Assembly (NCBI GenBank): GCA_022771625.1
Contig: JALFCW010000057.1
Location: 7,119 to 71,118, forward strand
DNA length: 64,000 nt
From: Prevotella sp.
Lineage (GTDB): Bacteria > Bacteroidota > Bacteroidia > Bacteroidales > Bacteroidaceae
Direction of reading: 5' to 3'
Shown here: piece after piece, positions 1 to 7,535 of the stretch
Position numbering within the stretch: the first letter of the stretch is position 1
Layout: each line of letters opens with the position of its first letter
Notes under the pieces: model-generated
Told to the model about the DNA's origin: nothing
Databases searched by the model: none
What the model saw: only the letters and a program-made list of their open reading frames with translations
Program-made: the position numbers and the translations under genes

Positions 1-1615
1 TGCCGATAACTTCCTCGCGCAGATGATTAATGTCGCTTGGAGCCGACTTGGCGAGTTCTTCGCGATAGTTGCCGAGGTCGATGCCTTCGCGGCAGAATAT
101 GGCGTTGTGACTGCTTGAAATACCCACAACATTGAGTTTGAGTCGGCGGCTCTGCTTGAGTTCCTCATACTGCGAGTGAATCTGCGAGATGAGATTCCCG
201 CCCACTGTTCCCACACCACATATAAAGAGGTTGAGCACGTTATATTCGCTCAGAAAAAACGAGTCGTGGAGCACGTTGAGCGACTTGCGCAGATACTTTG
301 AATCCACTACAAATGAGATATTTGTCTCGGAAGCTCCTTGTGCACAGGCAATTACGCTGATTCCGCTTCGTCCGAGAGTGCCGAATAATTTTCCGGCAAT
401 ACCTGGCGTATGCTTCATGTTCTCGCCCACGATGGCGATTGTGGCAAGTCCGCTTTCGGCATGCATCGGGAACATTGCTCCCGTCTCGATTTCCTTGGCA
501 AACTCATGGTTGAGCACGCGCACTGCCTCGTCGGCATCTTCGTCGCGCACACCGATAGATGTAGAGTTTTCCGATGATGCCTGCGACACCATAAACACCG
601 ATATGCCATTGTCGGCAAGGGCGGTGAAGATGCGTCGGTTGACACCAATCACTCCCACCATCGACAATCCGGTGACAGTGATAAGCGTTGTGCCGTTGAT
701 ACTCGATATTCCCTTGATGGGTTTGCGGTCGTTGTCAATCTTGTCCTTGATGACTGTTCCTGGGTCAGAGGGATTGAAAGTATTCTTCACTCTGATAGGA
801 ATATTCTTTACACATACAGGATAAATCGTGGGCGGATAAATCACCTTTGCACCGAAGTTGCAAAGCTCCATTGCCTCTACATAGCTCAATTCGGTGATAG
901 TGTAAGCCGTGTGAATCACTCTCGGGTCGGCAGTCATGAATCCGTTTACGTCTGTCCATATCTCGAGAGTCTCGGCATCGAGAGCAGCTGCAATGATCGA
1001 CGCAGTGTAGTCGCTTCCGCCTCGCCCGAGGTTAGTCACTTCGCCCGAATATTTGTCGGAACTGATAAATCCCGGCACTACAGTGATGGCGGGCAATTCG
1101 CAGAATGCCTCGCGCACGAGTCGGTTGGTCAGTTCGCTGTCGAGCACATGCTTGCCATGCTTGAGTTCTGTCTTGATGAAACTGCGTGAATCCTTCCATT
1201 CTGCGCCCTCGATGAGAGTGGCCACAATATTGCTGCTCAATCTCTCGCCGTAGCTTACGATTGCCGCGGATGTTTTGGGACTGATGTCGCGGATGAGGAA
1301 TACACCATAATATATAGATCGAAGCTGGTCAAGCAGTGAATCCACCGTTGCCAGCAATTTAGTTCGTTTCTCTTCGTCTGTTATTATGGTGGCAATCATC
1401 GTGTGATGACGCTCTACCATTGCTTCAAACTCGCCACGGTAAGCCTCGTCGCCCTTAACGGCCAACTTGGATGTGGCAATCAGCTTGTCGGTGATGCCGC
1501 CCAGGGCGCTCACCACGACAATCACATCTTGAGACTGGTGCTCAACGATGTTCTTCAAACTCAAAATACTTTCTACGGAACCTACGGATGTTCCGCCGAA
1601 TTTCAATACCTTCAT
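1..1615 (-). CDS. thrA: bifunctional aspartokinase / homoserine dehydrogenase, N-terminal ~538 codons (3-prime end lies beyond the left edge)
   Basis: Absent from the ORF track because it runs off the edge. My reverse-strand translation from the ATG (plus-strand CAT at 1613-1615) reads MKVLKFGGTSVGSVESI..VVVSALGGITDKL..GRGGSDYTASIIAAAL..WTDVNGFMTADPR, which are aspartokinase motifs. It continues to NLFICGVGTVGGNLISQI, the NAD-binding start of homoserine dehydrogenase. The + strand ORFs listed between 189 and 1630 are antisense shadows. Confidence 0.9.
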   Translation of the reverse strand, partial: MKVLKFGGTSVGSVESILSLKNIVEHQSQDVIVVVSALGGITDKLIATSKLAVKGDEAYRGEFEAMVERHHTMIATIITDEEKRTKLLATVDSLLDQLRSIYYGVFLIRDISPKTSAAIVSYGERLSSNIVATLIEGAEWKDSRSFIKTELKHGKHVLDSELTNRLVREAFCELPAITVVPGFISSDKYSGEVTNLGRGGSDYTASIIAAALDAETLEIWTDVNGFMTADPRVIHTAYTITELSYVEAMELCNFGAKVIYPPTIYPVCVKNIPIRVKNTFNPSDPGTVIKDKIDNDRKPIKGISSINGTTLITVTGLSMVGVIGVNRRIFTALADNGISVFMVSQASSENSTSIGVRDEDADEAVRVLNHEFAKEIETGAMFPMHAESGLATIAIVGENMKHTPGIAGKLFGTLGRSGISVIACAQGASETNISFVVDSKYLRKSLNVLHDSFFLSEYNVLNLFICGVGTVGGNLISQIHSQYEELKQSRRLKLNVVGISSSHNAIFCREGIDLGNYREELAKSAPSDINHLREEVIG

Positions 1616-1641
1616 AATGTGTTAAAATGATTTTGTGGTTG

Positions 1642-1649
1642 CAAAGGTA
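1642..1649 (-). promoter_or_regulatory. candidate Bacteroidota -7 promoter box (TAccTTTG on the minus strand) for thrA
   Basis: Plus strand reads CAAAGGTA, which is TACCTTTG on the minus strand, about 27 nt upstream of the thrA ATG. It matches the Bacteroides TAnnTTTG consensus. Confidence 0.4.
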
Positions 1650-1797
1650 AGAAGTTTTCTTGGTTTATCCAAAAATAAACGTCATTTTTTTCTGATAAAT
1701 CCCAAAAAATGGGTATAGTTTTCTTAAATTATCTTTTATAAAGGGTAGAATTAATATTTTTTAGACAGAATATTGCCGATTTTTCGCAATTCCTAAG

Positions 1798-1805
1798 TAA
1801 TTTTG
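1798..1805 (+). promoter_or_regulatory. candidate -7 promoter box (TAatTTTG) for the MoxR/Bat operon
   Basis: TAATTTTGCACC lies about 39 nt upstream of the ATG at 1844. The TTTGCACC extension is also seen at the island and ABC-F promoters. Confidence 0.4.
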
Positions 1806-1843
1806 CACCAAAATTGAAAACGTATTGAATATATAGATGAATT

Positions 1844-2839
1844 ATGGCAGAAGCTATTGACATTCGCGAATTGAATATTCGCATTGAACAACAAAGTACA
1901 TTTGTTACTAATCTTGTCAGCGGTATGGACCGCGTGATTGTAGGACAGAAGCATCTTGTGGATTCTCTTCTCATAGGATTGCTGAGCGATGGACACATCC
2001 TTCTTGAGGGTGTTCCTGGTCTTGCAAAGACTCTTGCAATCAAAACCCTTGCACAGTTGATTGACTCCGAATACAGTCGTATTCAGTTTACTCCCGACCT
2101 CTTGCCGGCCGATGTTGTCGGTACGCTGATATATTCTCAGAAGGAAGAGAAATTCAACGTGAAGAAAGGTCCGGTATTCGCCAATTTCGTCCTCGCCGAC
2201 GAGATCAACCGTGCCCCGGCTAAGGTGCAGAGCGCATTGCTCGAGGCCATGCAGGAGAAGCAGGTTACTATCGGCAGCGAGACATTCACACTGCCCAATC
2301 CATTCCTCGTGATGGCTACACAGAACCCTATTGAGCAGGAAGGAACATATCAGTTGCCCGAGGCACAGGTGGATCGATTCATGCTCAAGGTTGTCATCGA
2401 CTATCCCACTCTCGAAGAGGAGAAGCGCATTATCCGCGAAAACATCCAGGGTCAATTGCCAACAGTTACTCCTGTGAGCACAGCCGAGGAAATCATCCGT
2501 GCCCGCAGTGTGGTGCGCGAGGTGTATATCGACGAGAAGATTGAGCAATATATTGCCGACATCGTCTTTGCCACACGTTATCCCGACCGCTACGGACTTA
2601 AGGACATGTCGTCGCTCATTTCCTTCGGAGGCAGTCCGCGTGCAAGTATATCGCTCGCCAAGGCAGCGCGCGCCTATGCCTTCATCAAGCGCAGAGGATA
2701 TGTTGTGCCTGAGGACGTGAGAGCCGTAGCACACGACGTGTTGCGCCATCGCGTGGGACTCACCTATGAGGCTGAGGCAAGCAATGTGTCGAGCGAGGAA
2801 ATCATTAGCCGTATTATAAATAAGGTGGAAGTGCCTTGA
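1844..2839 (+). CDS. MoxR-family AAA+ ATPase (first gene of the Bat-type operon)
   Basis: 331 aa. Walker A is GVPGLAKT and Walker B region is VLADEINRAPAKVQSALLEAMQE. This is typical MoxR architecture, and the gene is followed by DUF58 and vWA genes. Confidence 0.9.
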   Translation: MAEAIDIRELNIRIEQQSTFVTNLVSGMDRVIVGQKHLVDSLLIGLLSDGHILLEGVPGLAKTLAIKTLAQLIDSEYSRIQFTPDLLPADVVGTLIYSQKEEKFNVKKGPVFANFVLADEINRAPAKVQSALLEAMQEKQVTIGSETFTLPNPFLVMATQNPIEQEGTYQLPEAQVDRFMLKVVIDYPTLEEEKRIIRENIQGQLPTVTPVSTAEEIIRARSVVREVYIDEKIEQYIADIVFATRYPDRYGLKDMSSLISFGGSPRASISLAKAARAYAFIKRRGYVVPEDVRAVAHDVLRHRVGLTYEAEASNVSSEEIISRIINKVEVP

Positions 2840-3714
2840 TTCGGATGGATACGCAAGAGTTATTAAAGAAAGTAAGGAAGATAGAGATCAAGACGCGTGG
2901 ACTGAGCGCAAATATCTTCGCCGGACAATACCATTCGGCCTTCAAGGGAAGGGGAATGGCGTTCAGCGAGGTGCGCGAGTATCAGTTTGGCGACGACGTC
3001 AGGGACATCGACTGGAATGTCACGGCGCGCTTCAACCGACCATACGTCAAGGTGTTTGAGGAGGAGCGCGAACTCACCGTGATGCTGCTCATCGATGTGA
3101 GCGGTTCGCTCGACTTTGGAACGCAAGGGCAGACCAAGCGCGACATGGTGACCGAGATTGCCGCTACACTGGCGTTCAGTGCCATACAGAACAACGACAA
3201 GATTGGTGTCATCTTCTTCTCCGACAAGATTGAGAAGTATATTCCGCCCAAAAAGGGACGCAAGCATATTCTGCACATCATTCGCGAACTAATTGACTTT
3301 CATCCTGAGAGTATGCGCACCGACATTCGCGGAGCGCTCGAATTCCTCTCGGGTGTGGCCAAGCGAAGATGCACGGCTTTCATGCTCAGCGACTTCTACG
3401 TGCGCAATGACTTCAAGCAAACTCTCTCCATCTGCAATCGCAAGCACGACATTGTGGCAATCCAGGTGTATGACGTGCGCTCAAGGGAATTGCCCGACGT
3501 TGGTTTGATGAGAGTGATGGATGCCGAGACAGGATTTGAGCAATATGTGGATACGAGCAGCAAGCGCACTCGTAATGCATACGTGCAATATTGGAATAAA
3601 CGACAGGCAGCACTCGCCGACACTTTCAACAAGTGTAACGTTGACAACATCTCGGTTGCCACAAGCGACGATTATGTCAAGGCGATGATGATGCTGTTTA
3701 AAATGAGGAATTAG
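2836..3714 (+). CDS. DUF58 family protein (MoxR-associated, vWA-like)
   Basis: 292 aa. The REYQFGDDVRDIDWNVTAR motif is characteristic of DUF58. The track start is a TTG that overlaps the moxR stop; the ATG at 2845 (MDTQELL) is an alternative start. Confidence 0.85.
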   Translation: MIRMDTQELLKKVRKIEIKTRGLSANIFAGQYHSAFKGRGMAFSEVREYQFGDDVRDIDWNVTARFNRPYVKVFEEERELTVMLLIDVSGSLDFGTQGQTKRDMVTEIAATLAFSAIQNNDKIGVIFFSDKIEKYIPPKKGRKHILHIIRELIDFHPESMRTDIRGALEFLSGVAKRRCTAFMLSDFYVRNDFKQTLSICNRKHDIVAIQVYDVRSRELPDVGLMRVMDAETGFEQYVDTSSKRTRNAYVQYWNKRQAALADTFNKCNVDNISVATSDDYVKAMMMLFKMRN

Positions 3715-3718
3715 TGAT

Positions 3719-4795
3719 TTGGAATTGAAAAGGTATTTGACTATATTGATTTTGGCTTGCGCCACTCTGACAGCAGCGGCACAGGCTACAGTTGAGGCAA
3801 CGATTGACTCAATCGAGATACTTATCGGCCAACAAGTGGAGGTGAGTGTGAGAACGACTGCCAAGGAAGGCTCAAAAGTGGAATATCCCGACTTCAAACC
3901 GCAGCAGATGATTACTCCAGGAGTGGAGGTGATAAGTCATGCCGACTCTGCCACTGTCAATATCGACAACGGCATGTCGGTGTTCACTCATAAGTATCGA
4001 CTCACTTCTTTCGACGGCAAACTGTATTACTTGCCGCCGTTTTCCGTTAAAGTAAACGGTAAGACTTTCAAGAGTAAGAGCCTTGCACTCAAGGTGTTGG
4101 AAGTGCCTGTTGACACTACCAAGCTCGACCAGTTCTATGGACCGAAGGATGTGCAGGACAATCCATTCAGTTGGAGCGACTGGAGCGCTGCCTTCTGGCT
4201 CAGCATACTCATGCTCGTGGTGCTGGCAGTGGCTTATTGGTTATATCTGCGACTTAGGGACAACAAACCGATTGTGGCTTCAATAAAGATAGTGAAGAAA
4301 CTGTTGCCACATCAGAAGGCTCTTAAGGAGATTGAGGTGATCAAGGCCGAGAAAATGGTTACGTCGGAAAATCAGAAGGAATACTACACCAAGCTCACCG
4401 ACACTCTGCGAAAGTATATCGAAGAGCGCTACGGATTTATGGCAATGGAGATGACGTCATCCGAGATTATCGAGCGACTCACAGAGACGCAAGACCAGCA
4501 AGCGCTTAGTGAATTGCGTATGCTCTTCGAGACCGCCGACCTTGTGAAGTTTGCAAAATACTCCACACTCATCAATGAGAATGACATGAATCTCGTCAAC
4601 GCCATAGAGTTTATCAACAAAACCAAGGTGGAGGCACAGCCCGACCAAAAGCCCGCCAAACCGCAACTGAGCGAGGAAGAGGTGAGAAGCAAGAAGACGC
4701 GTCGCACGCTCAAGGGAGCAATCATCGCCCTTGTCACTGCTGCCGCTGCCATTCTCGTATATGTCATCTATGTCGTTTACACCTTATTAATATAA
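3719..4795 (+). CDS. membrane protein of the Bat operon (unnamed third gene; signal peptide plus two TM segments)
   Basis: 358 aa with a TTG start. Signal-like N-terminus LILACATLTAAAQA, central TM AAFWLSILMLVVLAVAYWLYL and C-terminal TM IIALVTAAAAILVYVIYVVY. It sits between DUF58 and BatA, as in the described Bacteroides operon. Confidence 0.6.
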   Translation: MELKRYLTILILACATLTAAAQATVEATIDSIEILIGQQVEVSVRTTAKEGSKVEYPDFKPQQMITPGVEVISHADSATVNIDNGMSVFTHKYRLTSFDGKLYYLPPFSVKVNGKTFKSKSLALKVLEVPVDTTKLDQFYGPKDVQDNPFSWSDWSAAFWLSILMLVVLAVAYWLYLRLRDNKPIVASIKIVKKLLPHQKALKEIEVIKAEKMVTSENQKEYYTKLTDTLRKYIEERYGFMAMEMTSSEIIERLTETQDQQALSELRMLFETADLVKFAKYSTLINENDMNLVNAIEFINKTKVEAQPDQKPAKPQLSEEEVRSKKTRRTLKGAIIALVTAAAAILVYVIYVVYTLLI

Positions 4796-4805
4796 TAAAA
4801 GGACA

Positions 4806-5804
4806 ATGGAATTTGCCAATAAGGAATATCTGTTTCTGCTACTGCTCATCATACCCTATCTGATATGGTATGTGATGTTCAGGAAGAAGAGCGAACCCAC
4901 ACTGAGGATGAGCGACACGTTCGCATTCAACTACGCACCGAAGAGTTGGCGAGTAAGGCTCATGCCGCTCCAACTGCTCATGCGCATAGTGACATTCACG
5001 CTGATTGTCATCGTGATGGCGCGACCGCAGACAAGTAATTCGTGGAAAAACAAGACGGTTGAGGGAATAGACATCATGCTCGCCATTGACGTTTCAACCA
5101 GTATGCTGGCTGAAGACCTCAAGCCCAACCGTATCGAGGCGGCAAAGGCTGTCGCTGCGGAATTTATCATCGGACGTCCTAACGACAACATCGGATTGTC
5201 GATATTCGCCGGAGAGGCATTCACACAATGCCCTATGACCACCGACCATGCATCACTTCTCAACCTGCTGCAGAACGTGCGCACCGATATCGCTGCACGC
5301 GGACTTATCAGCGACGGAACGGCAATCGGAATGGGACTCACAAATGCTGTAACCCGACTCAAGGGATCGAAGGCCAAGAGCAAAGTGGTAATCCTGCTCA
5401 CCGACGGTAGTAACAATATGGGCGACATCTCACCGATGACTGCTGCCGAGATTGCCCAAAGTCTTGGCATAAGGGTTTACACCATCGGCGTGGGAACAAA
5501 CAAGGTTGCTCCCTACCCTATGCCTGTGGCTGGAGGAGTCCAGTATGTAAATATGCCTGTTGAGATAGACACCAAGATGCTGGCGGACATTGCTGCTGCA
5601 ACCGAAGGTGATTTCTATCGTGCTACAAACACGGCAGAACTGAAGAATATATACAAGGAAATCGACCGACTGGAGAAGTCGAAACTCAATGTCAAGAAGT
5701 TCAGCAAGCGCTATGAGGCATATCAGCCTTTTGCACTTGCGGCAGCCATATCACTACTGATAGAGATATTGCTGAGAATAATCGTCTTTAGAAGAATACC
5801 ATAA
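4806..5804 (+). CDS. batA: BatA-type von Willebrand factor A membrane protein
   Basis: 332 aa. N-terminal TM segments, a MIDAS motif (IDIMLAIDVSTSM), the vWA core (VVILLTDGSNN) and a C-terminal TM. Confidence 0.85.
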   Translation: MEFANKEYLFLLLLIIPYLIWYVMFRKKSEPTLRMSDTFAFNYAPKSWRVRLMPLQLLMRIVTFTLIVIVMARPQTSNSWKNKTVEGIDIMLAIDVSTSMLAEDLKPNRIEAAKAVAAEFIIGRPNDNIGLSIFAGEAFTQCPMTTDHASLLNLLQNVRTDIAARGLISDGTAIGMGLTNAVTRLKGSKAKSKVVILLTDGSNNMGDISPMTAAEIAQSLGIRVYTIGVGTNKVAPYPMPVAGGVQYVNMPVEIDTKMLADIAAATEGDFYRATNTAELKNIYKEIDRLEKSKLNVKKFSKRYEAYQPFALAAAISLLIEILLRIIVFRRIP

Positions 5805-5811
5805 TATAGAC

Positions 5812-7512
5812 ATGTTTAGATTTGAAGATTCAACATACCTTTACCTCCTTGCCGTGATTCCACTACTGGCATTGCTGAGGTTTGTGATGACAAGGGCGCA
5901 GAAAAAGCGACTCCGCAAGTTTGGCGACCCAAAGCTCGTAAGGCAACTCATGCCCGACGTGTCGCGCTGGCGACCGCTGGTGAAATTCTGGTTGCTACAG
6001 GCTGCCCTTGCTCTTATCATCGTCATGCTCGCTCGTCCGCAGTTTGGCACCAAGATAAGTAATGAGAAGCGACAGGGCATCGAGACTATCATTGCCATGG
6101 ACATCAGCAACTCTATGCTTGCGCAGGATGTCACACCGAGCCGTCTCGACCGTTGCAAGATGATGGTGGAGAATCTCGTGGATAACTTCACCGACGACAA
6201 AATAGGACTATTGGTTTTTGCTGGCGACGCCTTTATACAATTGCCTATCACGAGCGACTATGTGTCGGCGAAGATGTTTCTTGCTGACATCCAACCCTCG
6301 CTGATTGCTACTCAAGGCACCGACATCGCTCTTGCCATATCCAAGGCAATGAACAGTTTCACTCAGGAGGAAGGCATCGGCAAGGCTATCATCGTCATCA
6401 CCGATGGTGAAGACCACGAGGGAGGAGCCATTGAGGCTGCCGAGGAAGCCCGAAAGAAGGGCATGAGAGTGTATGTACTCGGTGTGGGTTCGGCCGGTGG
6501 CGCACCTATTCCCGACGGCAACGGCGGATATATGAAGGACCGTGGCGGCAACACTGTCATGACGCGACTCAATCAGAGCATGTGCCGCGATATAGCAAAG
6601 GCGGGCGGTGGAGCATACATACATGTTGACAACAACAGCGACGCTCAGAGACAACTCGACAACGAACTCGCAAAACTATCGAAGAAGGAGACCGAGAGCA
6701 CTGTATATAGCGAATACGACGAACAGTTTCAGGCTGTCGGCATCTTGGTGCTCTTGCTACTCATAGCCGAACTCTGTCTGCTGGAGTGCAAGAATCCGCT
6801 GCTCAAGAACGTGCGTTTCTTCAAGGGCAAGCGCCGTTATGCCTCGGCCATTCTCCTGCTTCTGCTCATGAGCGCCATTCCGTCGAATGCACAGAATGAC
6901 CGCAGCAGCATTCGCCAGGGCAACCGACAGTTTCGTGGCGGCAAGTATGCCGACTCCGAAGTGTCATATCGCAAGGCTATGGAGAAGAATCCGCGCAATC
7001 CGCAAGCTGCATACAATCTCGGAAATGCTCTCTTCGCCCAGAAGAAAGACTCAGCTGCCGTGGTGGCATACCAAAGCGGAGTGCAACTCGAGACAAGTGC
7101 CATACGCAAGGCAATGGGATATCACAACATGGGTGTGGTGTGCCAGTCGCACAAGATGTATTCCGAAGCTATCGAAGCCTACAAGAATGCATTGCGCCTG
7201 AATCCAAAGGACGACGAGGCCAGATATAATCTTGAACTCTGCAAGAAGCAACAGAAGAAGCAGCAGGACAAGAAGAATCAGGACAAGCAAGACCAGAAGA
7301 AGGACCAGAACGGAAAGGACGAGAAGAAGGAAAAAGACAAGAAAGACCAGAAGCAAGACAAGCAGAAGGAGAAACAGGACAAGCAGAAGATGAGCAAGGA
7401 CAATGCAGAGCAGTTGCTCAATGCCGCAATACAGCAGGAGAAGAACACTCAGAAGCGCATGAAGGACAAGATGCAGCAGCCTCGCTCGCGCAAACTTGAC
7501 AAGAATTGGTAA
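5812..7512 (+). CDS. batB: BatB-like vWA protein fused in frame to a BatC-like TPR protein
   Basis: 566 aa. The vWA part has MIDAS IIAMDISNSM and ITDGEDHEG, followed by a TM (VGILVLLLLIAELCLL) and a second signal-like segment (ASAILLLLLMSAIPSNAQ). TPR repeats follow (AYNLGNALF; YHNMGVVCQSHKMYSEAIEAYKNALRLNPKDDEARYNLE), then a K/Q/D-rich tail. There is no stop codon between the two parts. Confidence 0.8.
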   Translation: MFRFEDSTYLYLLAVIPLLALLRFVMTRAQKKRLRKFGDPKLVRQLMPDVSRWRPLVKFWLLQAALALIIVMLARPQFGTKISNEKRQGIETIIAMDISNSMLAQDVTPSRLDRCKMMVENLVDNFTDDKIGLLVFAGDAFIQLPITSDYVSAKMFLADIQPSLIATQGTDIALAISKAMNSFTQEEGIGKAIIVITDGEDHEGGAIEAAEEARKKGMRVYVLGVGSAGGAPIPDGNGGYMKDRGGNTVMTRLNQSMCRDIAKAGGGAYIHVDNNSDAQRQLDNELAKLSKKETESTVYSEYDEQFQAVGILVLLLLIAELCLLECKNPLLKNVRFFKGKRRYASAILLLLLMSAIPSNAQNDRSSIRQGNRQFRGGKYADSEVSYRKAMEKNPRNPQAAYNLGNALFAQKKDSAAVVAYQSGVQLETSAIRKAMGYHNMGVVCQSHKMYSEAIEAYKNALRLNPKDDEARYNLELCKKQQKKQQDKKNQDKQDQKKDQNGKDEKKEKDKKDQKQDKQKEKQDKQKMSKDNAEQLLNAAIQQEKNTQKRMKDKMQQPRSRKLDKNW

Positions 7513-7535
7513 TTATGTGATATATTAAAAAAGGA

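Noticed and set aside
189-1630. Several + strand ORFs (189-824, 911-1189, 1053-1253, 1403-1630) listed in the track
   Set aside because: They lie antisense to a continuous, motif-rich thrA reading frame on the minus strand, and their translations are low-complexity with no recognisable motifs. They are shadow ORFs.
1793-2749. 318-aa minus-strand ORF opposite the MoxR gene. Similar long antisense ORFs occur at 7794-8465, 12176-12865, 16805-17674, 32521-33159, 52804-53346, 56991-57590, 57888-58466 and 60161-60787.
   Set aside because: Each overlaps a confidently identified + strand gene. Their translations lack motifs and have odd composition (Cys/His/Arg-rich). This is typical of antisense frames in this GC range.
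7240-7400. Purine-rich AAG/CAG/GAC repetitive DNA that could be mistaken for a tandem repeat or CRISPR-like array
   Set aside because: It is in frame within the BatB-C ORF and encodes a K/Q/D-rich low-complexity tail (KKQQKKQQDKKNQDKQDQKKDQ...). There is no fixed repeat unit or spacer structure.
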